Positions 1-8,669 of a stretch of 33,303 nt of DNA are shown here, piece after piece (the first letter of the stretch is position 1; each line of letters opens with the position of its first letter). A program made the translations under genes and the position numbers. A model generated the notes under the pieces. The model ran no database searches and had not been told where the DNA came from. It saw only the letters and a list, made by a program, of their open reading frames with translations. This DNA is from Vezdaea acicularis (Eukaryota), in the NCBI GenBank assembly GCA_026025075.1, contig JAPEUI010000158.1:1-33303 (forward strand), given 5' to 3'.

Positions 1-975
1 GGGCAGCCTGGCGGGCGCGCAGGGGGGGGGGCCGCCGCACGCTAAGCCGCCCCCCCGTCGCCCTTCTGGTTTGCCGCTGCCTTTGCCTTACCTCATCCAC
101 CTCATCCGCCGCCGCGCCCGTTGCAACGTCCGCTCCATTCGAGCGTCATCGCGGCCATGCCCACCTCCAGACGCTTCCGTTTCAAGCTGCTCGCGCGTCG
201 ACGCCCTCCCGCCATCCAGCTCCGCGTCGGGCGCCGTGTCGGTCGTGGCCGGCGCAGGGCCTCAGGAATCCAGACGCCCGCCGCCCAAGAGCCCAAGAGC
301 CACGGCCGCGGGCGAATGGCGAGGGCGGATGGCGGATTGGCGGAAAAGGGGACGCAAACAGGGGTCTCCGGAGTCAGGACGTCGGCGGACGAAAACGGTG
401 ACGGCGACGGCGACGGTGAGCACGAGCGGTCGTGACTCAACAATGGCTTCACGGGGCCCCCGTCCAAAGCGTCCTAGGGCCGCTCTGCCCCCCGAAAACT
501 TGCTTCCCTCAGTATCCGATAATGCAATGCATCCGTCTGTCCATGGCGGCGCGCGCACGTCAGCGGTCCCCGTGGACAGGTCTGCTTGCTTACTTGCTTG
601 CTCCGTCGGTCGGTCCCGCCGGTTCGCTCAGCAGCGTCCGATGCCCGCCATCGCTCGAGCGTGCGTCGAATAGGCTCAGCCAGGAACAATAAGCATCTCG
701 CGTGGCGGCGGTGCTCCTTCGAATGGAAGAACGAATGGAACGGATGGAAGGAATGCACGAATGAGCGAGCGCACGAGCGCGCGACCCTTCTTTTCCTCGC
801 TTTGCCCTTTGCACTTTTCGCCTCTTCCCTTTTTCTCGCTTCTCGATGTCCGGGTCGAATATTCCACACACACACCCCACAAAAGGAAAAAGCCCTCTCG
901 TCGAGCGACGCCGGAGCTGGACGTGCTGATGTATCGACCGGGATCGTGACATAGGGTCTGATCTGCAACGCTGCC

Positions 976-999
976 ACGACGACGACGACGACGACGACG
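976..999. repeat. (ACG)8 microsatellite
   Basis: Read directly: acgacgacgacgacgacgacgacg. Confidence 0.9.
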
Positions 1000-1331
1000 G
1001 CCGCTGATTGCTCCGTCGCGCTCGTCTGTCTCGTCCGCGGCCCTATCGACCCACGGCCTCGGGCACAACTTCCCTCGTACCCCGGTACCACGTACACCGC
1101 CCGCCAAAAGAAAGGAAAGCAGAAGCAGAAGCCAATGCCACTCGAGCGCGCGCGGATGAAGCTACACGCGAATGGGGACAGCGGAGCCGGCCAGGCGTGT
1201 GCAGCGAAAGCAGCGAGCATGGAGTGATGCGTCCTGCTGATCGTCCACGCCTCCAGATGTGGGTGTCGGCGTGTCCGCTGCGCGCTGCGACTTGTGGGCC
1301 GGTAACCTGTTAATTCACCGCGCATGCGGAC

Positions 1332-1367
1332 GACCAGGACGACCAGGACGACCAGGACGACCAGGAC
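1332..1367. repeat. (GACCAGGAC)4 perfect 9-bp tandem repeat
   Basis: Read directly from lines 1321-1380. Confidence 0.9.
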
Positions 1368-1551
1368 GACATTGCCCTCGCCATTCGCCGCCGTCACGTT
1401 CCCTGGGGCGAGGGGGGGCAGCGTGGGGGTGGAGTAGGGATTGATCCGGGACGTCGTGCGTCGTGCGTCGTACATCTTGCGGGGCTGCGCGCACGAGCGA
1501 GAGAGGCACCGGGGCACCGCACGGCCAAGCGACCAGGGGGTGTATGGTGGG

Positions 1552-1599
1552 GAGGAGGAGGAGGAGGAGGAGGAGGAGGAAGGCGGCGGCGGCGGCGGC
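1552..1599. repeat. Compound (GAG)n-(GGC)n microsatellite
   Basis: gaggaggag...gaaggcggcggc... read directly. Confidence 0.85.
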
Positions 1600-4500
1600 G
1601 GAAGAGGGGCACAACGAGCGCGGAGACTCGGAGAGGGGAGAGGGGTCAGTCGGTGCCAGGCCCGACGCGGGGACCGTGGAGACAAAGGCGTCCTCGCTTG
1701 TCCGCCGGCAGGGAGCGCCGTCCAGGGTTCCGCGGCGGTCATCGGTATCGGGGCGCCTTCGTCGTCCCCCAACGCCCGAATCGGCCACGATCAGCTTTAC
1801 CCTGAGCGGAGCCTTCCGGAGCCGCCGTGTTGCAGCCGGAGCGCGCAGGCTGGATTATACGGGGTAGAGATAGGCACTAATGGACGGCGCCTGTCGCACG
1901 AGTATCAATCTCTCCGTCATCATCCGCCGCGGCCGGCCTCTCTGTATCGTCGACGCTCGCACTCGGACCCCGTCACGGCGTCGTAATTCGCGCCGCCTCG
2001 GACGGCGCGGGGGCGCCACTAGGGAGCGTGAAGGGAAACGACGCGGATTGCTGGCCGCTGATTGCACCAGCATCCGGTACCCTCGATATTCACATGTACG
2101 AGTACCGGCCGCGTTCCATCTTGCGTCTTTTCGCCCTCGGCCATGCAACCGGGAGTCAGATGACAATGGTCCCCCTTTGAGATCCAGGATGGTGGGGGGG
2201 GGGAACAGAACGGGCCAGAGGGTAGCGGGCAGCGGGCAATCCGTGCTTGGCCAAGGAACTGGCCCGCCAGAGACAGGACGGCCGTCCAGGGCCTGCGGGC
2301 GAAGCGGTCTGTGCTCAGCTGCGCATTGCATCCAAGCGTCCCGGTGACCTTTCCGCCCTTGCCAGGACATGCTCCGGTAATTGAGTGTCGGGGATCATTG
2401 TGGCGAGAGGGCAGAGACAGACGGAGAAGAGCGCAAGAGAGAAAGAGAGCGAGAGACGAAGCGTCGTCGAATGTCGCTCTATCAGGTGGGACGGAGCCTG
2501 GGCGGGGGGTGCCCTCGTACCCCACGCTAAGCTCCCTGCATCGCGCGCAACCCCACCACGCCTGCTGATTGGAGTCCCGGGGATCTGCGCGCTCCCTTCG
2601 CTCCTGCTCTTCTCTGCTCTTGCGCCTGCTCCGCTCCTGCTCCGTTCTGCTCTGTCGTCGTCCGGTCCGCTGCCTCCTGCTGCGTCGGCGCCGCGCGAGG
2701 GAAATTGCATCCCAACTAGGCCAGAACGGTGCCGGCCCTCTCCCTTCGACCCTTCCGTCCGTGGACAGCCCCCCGTCGCTATGCCCTCTCGTGCCCCCTC
2801 GCTCCTTCCCCATCCAAGAGACGCAGGTGTCACGTTCACGTCACTCCGCGACGATGTTTCTTTGCTTCTGCCCATCTGACGGGCGACGCGAGATTTCGGT
2901 CCGATCGAGAGATCTCTGGATGCCCGACCCCGACCATCCCGAGAGCACGCCAGCCCTCCGACGAATGACCTTTTCCCTGCATGGCAGCTTCCCTTCACCT
3001 CACCACCACATCATTCCTTCCTGCATCGTCGGTGGTGCGAGCACACAGACGACGTCGCGGTGGGGGGGGGAAGGCGACGACGACGACAGCGCTTTCAGCT
3101 TCTAACTCCACCCCACGAGGCTTCACTTTATTCACTCATTGTAACCTCCCCCCCAATGCAGACGCACGGCAAGATCACCTCTCCAACCATCGACGAGACA
3201 CCGTAAATGTCTCCGCCCGGTCTCGGAGCTTCATCACGTATTCGCGACGGAGACCCACGATGAGCCTTGGGCCGAAAGCAAAGGGCTGAAAAAACGAACG
3301 TCGCCCCACCACGCAAACGATCCAGATTGGTGGGATGGCAAAAGCAACTCAGGCACGAGAGCCACGACGCTGAACCGTTCCTGAGACAGGACTTGTTCTT
3401 TTTCTCCTTCGCTCCTTTTCCTCCCTCCCCCCTCCCTCAAATCTGCATCATCCCACGCTGCAAGGATCCGCCGCTCGGAGACGATGGGGGTGGATTGGGG
3501 GGGTTCAGTGAGGAATGGATCAGCCTGGCCACGCCGATCCAATCACACACGGAGGTCTGGTGGAGAAGAAGGACGAACGGTTGCGTCGTTGCCGCAACGG
3601 AAGATACACCGTGCGGCCTCCCCTCTTTCCATGGTGGTGACACATGAAAGAGGGGGTTGACGCGGCGGGCAATGGAACTGGGGCAATTACTGAGACCGTG
3701 CACGAAGAAGCATCCCGCGTAGCACCGCCCTTTTCTTTTTTTTCTCTTTCTTTTTCAACTCACGTGGTGAAGTTGCTCCCCTTGCTGCTGTTCGTCTTCT
3801 CCCTCCCCAGAACTCTAATGAATAACTAACCCCACTAGTATACCCCTTAGGGCTCGCGCACCCTTTTTTTGGACTGTTGCAGCTCTATTCGCGTCCACCA
3901 GCCCATACACGAACGAACACGAAACGAGCGGGACGACGAAACCTCGGAAGGCAGCGCAGCACTCCTGCATCTGCGCGGCACGAAGGTTCAGACTGCTGCT
4001 GTTGCTACTGCCACTACTGCTACGGATCCTGCTGCTTCTACTGTCCTCCGTTGCAGCCCACCACCATTATTACCACCACTCATGGTTCTGCAACAGTCGT
4101 CGTTCGCTCGCTCGGGTAACCCATGGCGAGGGCGTGCGTCTACCCCGCTTTACCCCACACACACCCTCCTCCGCGTCGATCATTGTTGACATCCGCATTC
4201 ACCTCCACGTCAACCCTGCCTGCCTGCTGCTCGCTGCTTATACTTGCCCCCCAACACCTTCTGCCTCGTGAGAGGTGTTCCTCTAGCCTTTCGACAGACG
4301 CTAGGGGACGCTACATTACACTACACTCAGCGACTAGCTAGCCACTAAACCCATGCAAGTCATTCGTGACGGCACGCCTAGCCGTTCTTTCCCTCCTCCT
4401 TGGGCAAAAGATGGTCACATCCAGCAAGGCCGCTCTGGCAGAACCGACCACGACTGCTCCTGCGTATCGCTCCTTTCCCATTCTAGCCCCCAACCTATCC

Positions 4501-5416
4501 CACCTATCCCTACCGGCCATACTTGCCCCTCTCCCATCATCCCCATCCCCGCGTCTTTGTGCGACTCTCGAAATTGCATCTCGGACCGCGGACTCACAGC
4601 ATTTGTGGCTCGCAGGAGCGCCACCGGAGACTTGTCAACTCGGCCTTTTCTCCACCCAGGAAGAGCGAGAGCGTGGAGAAAGTTGGAGGTTTTACTTATC
4701 CCATACAGCTATCAGCCAGTCAGTCAATTCTACTCGCCCTCACACGAACAATGGGGTGTGACGCGCAGGCATCATTCTCCCGAGACACGGCCATCCCCTC
4801 CGCTCGGGATTGCGGCTCGTACGGGGCTGCCGGGGGCTGATCCCGTGCACCATTACCCCATCGGACCCACCACCCTCAGCATCACCCCTCCAGCCACGGG
4901 CGGCTTAACCGCGGCAAAACACACTTGACGCAGTGGCTGAGTCTTCTCTTTCCTCACCATTACTTCATTTTTTCGCCTGGCCCGCCACTTGTTTGACTCA
5001 TATCCGAGGCTCGTTTTGGAGACGACTTTTCCTCGGCGCTACTACCCGCACTCGGGAACTTTCTGGAAGGTTTCAGGTCGGGATCTTTTTTTCCCTCCCT
5101 TCTTTTTTTTCGAGGGGGGGTTGCTAGAGGTGGGGTGGGCGTGGGGTTGGGATCTGCGGATGGCATTTACGGTAGGAGCTTTAATCAATTACATGTTTTA
5201 GGACATATTCTATGTCATCGTTTCTTTGTTCGTGGGAGCTTGGGCACATGATTGTATGAATGCCTTTGTTCACGGGATCTTGGGTACAAGATTTTTGAAA
5301 GGTTCTCATTTGATTCTCCTATCTGCCATACGCCTGAGCTGTCTTTCTCATCGTCCGGATGAAGAGTCCTCCAGTGTCCTTGATCTAGATCAGACATGAA
5401 GACTGAGGCGGGACGT

Positions 5417-6229
5417 TCATTTCTTCACAGACCACTCCGCGGGCTTTCTCTCAAAGTTTGGATCAAGCTTCACGAGCTGGGCGACATAGGTTTCGATCAC
5501 TTCGTCCCGCATGGCCGCCTGCTTCACCCACCCATCTCTGTCTTCTTTGAGCGCGGCCATTTCTTGGTTCTCGGTCTGATGAAGTGAGGCAACTTTACTC
5601 TCTAGTGCGTTGTTGGCAACTTGAAGGGACTCGATGATATTTTCGTAACGCCTTGCCATAGCTGCCTTTTCAGCAATGAATGTTGCTGGGCGTTTTTCGC
5701 ACCGTTCAATCCGGTTACGGACCGCTTTGATCTCCGCTTGAGACTTGAACAGCGATTCGAGAATATTTGACTTGCAGGTTCTATGATAGTCTACTTGAGC
5801 CTCCAAAGCACCAATTCTCTGCGTTTTGTCGTTGATGACCCGGCCGAGCATGCCCATCTGCGCCGCGCCCTTCGTCAACTGTTGCTTCATTTGGTCGCGC
5901 TCGTTATTGAGCTTGCGGACAAAGGACTCAAGTTCATCTATCTTATCGTAGCACTTATCAAGTCTTCGGTCACCGATCTCAACTAATGTGGCTGTGCTTG
6001 CTTTTTATTCCTTTATGTCAGCTCAGAGTTCAAAGCACAAAGACTTTGAAACAGACTCACTGTTCGAGTCGGAGCGGACTCTCTTTCTCATAGACTCACT
6101 GGGATTCTCGGTCGCAGATGCCGTCTTTCTTTTGCAATTTATGTTGAATTCCGCCTCCTTTTCCTCGAGATAGACTTGCATGATTTCGCGGTTGTCGCTT
6201 CTAGCAAGATGCCCGGGACCAGTTGCCAT
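5417..6229 (-). CDS. Orphan coiled-coil protein, ~250 aa, 2 exons (6229-6061, 6000-5417)
   Basis: ATG at 6229. A 60-nt intron at 6060-6001 (GTGAGT donor, GCTGAC branch, AAG acceptor) joins ORF 6023-6295 in frame to ORF 5417-5890 (...RSDSN-TSTATLVEIGDRRLDKCYDKIDELESFVRKLNNERDQMKQQL...). E/K/Q/L heptad-rich. Basic clusters KRK...RKRVR resemble a bipartite NLS. Confidence 0.65.
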
Positions 6230-6623
6230 CTTAACGGCCAAGAAAAAGGAGAAAAAAGATCGACTGAAGGAAAGGAAAAGCTGCTGGTAGAACAAAGAAA
6301 GGAAGAAGAAGGAGGGTGAAAGAGTGAAGAGGAGGGAAGGAGGAGAATGGAGGTGGGAAGACCGCTTAAATAGTCGCGGTAAGTGCGCGAAGCGAGGTTA
6401 GGGTATGTATTTTGTGCCCTGAAACGGCCAGCATGAAAGTATAGAATACTTCAATTGAAAGTACATTATACCGCAACTTCAAGTACAGATTACCGTATTT
6501 GCAGTCATAAAACCTTAAAAAACAGAAGTACACAGTACTATTTTCAAAAGTACACAATGCTATGGTCAGAAGTATACAGTACTGCAGTCCGCTCCGTTCA
6601 GAGGCGAAGTCAATATACCCTAT

Positions 6624-7110
6624 GACGTATTGGAGCTCTCCAGGCGTAATAGGGCCTCACAGACGTAATGGGACTTTAGTGACGTAATTAGTTCTCTAGA
6701 CGTATTAGGGTTTTCCAGGCGTATTAGGGTTTTCCTGGCGTATTAGGGTTCTTTAGACGTATTAGGGCTTGACAGATTTATTTCGGCTCTCCAGACGTAT
6801 TAGACTTTTCCTGATATAATAAGATTCTTCAGATGTATTAAAGCTTCCTAGAAGTATTGAAGCTCTCCGGACATAATAGGATTCTTCAGACGTATTAGGG
6901 TTCTTCAGATGTATTGAGGCTCGATAGATTTATTGGGGTTTCTTTAGAAGTATTGGGATTCTTTAAACATAATGGAGTTCTTCAGATGTATTAAGGCTTC
7001 TTAGATGTATTGGGGTTCTTCTAGTATAATAAGATTATCCAGATGTATTAGAATTCTTCAAATGTAATAGAATTCTTCAGATGTATTAGGGGTTCTTCAG
7101 ACATGTTAAA
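6624..7110. repeat. Degenerate 19-bp minisatellite, ~26 copies, consensus GACGTATTAGGGTTCTTCA
   Basis: Unit starts at 6624, 6643, 6662, 6681, 6699, 6718, 6737, 6756, 6775, 6794, 6813, 6832 ... 7042, 7061, 7080, 7100 (period 19, occasionally 18 or 20). Six units carry an exact TTAGGG. Confidence 0.92.
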
Positions 7111-7388
7111 GTTTAAAAAATTATTAAAGCTTACAATACTATAGTTGAAAGTATAAAGTACCTCAGCTAAAAGTATACAATACCGCAATCTGTCACATTT
7201 AAGGAAAAAATGTGAGAATAAACATGATAGATGCCTCTAAATCTAAAAACGTTGTAAGCTGAATAACATCTATATCCTGCCTGTGAGGCTTCTGCGTGTT
7301 CAATAGACCATAGAGTTAGGCGGGTGTAAGAACGAGCATAAGTTTTGCCTTTTTTCTGAGAACGCGGTAAGTGTACGTTCAACAAGAC

Positions 7389-8111
7389 TGTAAGACACCG
7401 CAATGGCTTTCGCGGTGGCCCGCCAGCGGCGCTAAGGTGGGCTAAGCGAGATGAGCGCCGCTTAAGGCCTAGCCCAGGGGCAGCGCTGATCGAGCCCTTT
7501 TACCTATATATGCCAATGGCGCTACCCCAATGGCTTGTCATCAAATAGTTTCCTACCATATGCAATAGCTAGATCGTACGAAGCTTCATTATATCTATAT
7601 GACCCTATTATCTCTATATCACCTCATATAATCGGGCAAATATCATTATATGTGAAGCATATCATTATATCTAGCTACCGTAGCCCGCGTACGCCTAGCT
7701 GAGCGTACGCCTCCTTGCCGCAGGCAGGACGCAGACGCCATACGCCTGTCACGCTCTCAGTAAAGGGGCAGAGCTCGTGCCCACCTTTACAAAGACGTAT
7801 GCAGGCTGTTAAGCTGCGGTAGTTAGATAAAACAATATCTGCTAGATATAACAATATCCGCTAGATATAACAATATTTGGTAGATATAATGATCTTAGAT
7901 AGATATAATGATATAAACCATGAAGCACTGTATATGCTAGCTATAATATAAGAAACTATTCAATGATGAGCCTTTGGGGTAGCGCCATTTGCAACATATA
8001 TAAAAGGGCTGATCATTGCTCTCTTAAGCTAAGCCCTAAATAAGGCTCATCTTGCTTAGCTGCCATAGCTCCGTCGGCATGCTCCAGCAAAAGCCATAGT
8101 GGCTTCTTACA
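7389..8111. mobile_element. 723-bp foldback element (non-autonomous, long imperfect TIRs of ~300 bp), termini TGTAAGA...TCTTACA
   Basis: Left arm ~7389-7685 is the reverse complement of right arm ~7813-8111. Examples: gctaagcgagatgagc / gctcatcttgcttagc; aatggcgctaccccaatggct / agcctttggggtagcgccatt; atctagctaccgtagc / gctgcggtagttagat. Internal 19-bp tandem units GCTAGATATAACAATATCC at 7822-7900. No clean TSD seen. Confidence 0.8.
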
Positions 8112-8669
8112 GCAATGGCTGGCCGGTTAGGCATGAAGCGCTTGAAATGTTGATGGATACGGCCCGGACAGGTGGAGCGCAATTGCAGGCTTGATGGGCA
8201 TGAAGCGCTTGAAGCGCAGACAGCCTCTTTAGTTACCGATAGCAGATGGCTTCGTGTCTTGCTGAATAGGTGGCAATAGGCACTGCACCCACCTTTAGTT
8301 GAAGGGCCTCGCTTAGTGTTACCGCATGCCCAGGGTGAAGCGCCACTTCCTCTGTTAACGTTGACCATGCTCAAGTTGCCCAAGAGATTCAAGGTTTAAT
8401 TACCTTGAGTATCATGAGCACGGCGACAGACGTCAAGTATGTAGATATCGAACACGACGCTCTAATGGCATCGTGTTCAACTGATGATCATCACTGGTTC
8501 TTGGAAGACCAGCAATCGACACCGTTAACTTGTCATATGTGCAAAAGGAGACGGCTGCATCAACAGCACCCATAGCAAGGCTGGCGATGGCTCAGCCTCG
8601 CCCAACTTCAAACCTTTCGCGGCTTTCTCGTCAGTCGCCATCGCAACATCTATCTTGTTCTACCTTGCG

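Larger units (their letters stand above)
1..5150. other. GC-rich, low-complexity, apparently non-coding region with many microsatellites
   Basis: Visibly much more GC/CpG-rich than the rest of the window. Contains (ACG)8 at 976-999, (GACCAGGAC)4 at 1332-1367, (GAG)n(GGC)n at ~1552-1599 and several G/C runs. The many overlapping ORFs in all six frames are R/P/S/A-rich and show no recognisable motif. Confidence 0.6.

Noticed and set aside
71..4928. Numerous long overlapping ORFs (for example 474-1772 minus, 432 aa)
   Set aside because: Expected from stop-codon scarcity in GC-rich DNA. Translations are microsatellite-driven and motif-free in all frames.
6624..7110. CRISPR array or coding repeat
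   Set aside because: Contiguous degenerate units without unique spacers, no cas genes, eukaryotic context, and a period of 19 is not a multiple of 3.
7389..8111. Intact LTR retrotransposon or simple solo LTR
   Set aside because: The ends are TG..CA, but the repeats are inverted rather than direct, there is no 4-6 bp TSD, and no gag/pol sequence.
8036..8392. 118-aa minus-strand ORF
   Set aside because: No motif, non-ATG start, and it overlaps the foldback arm and the NLR promoter.
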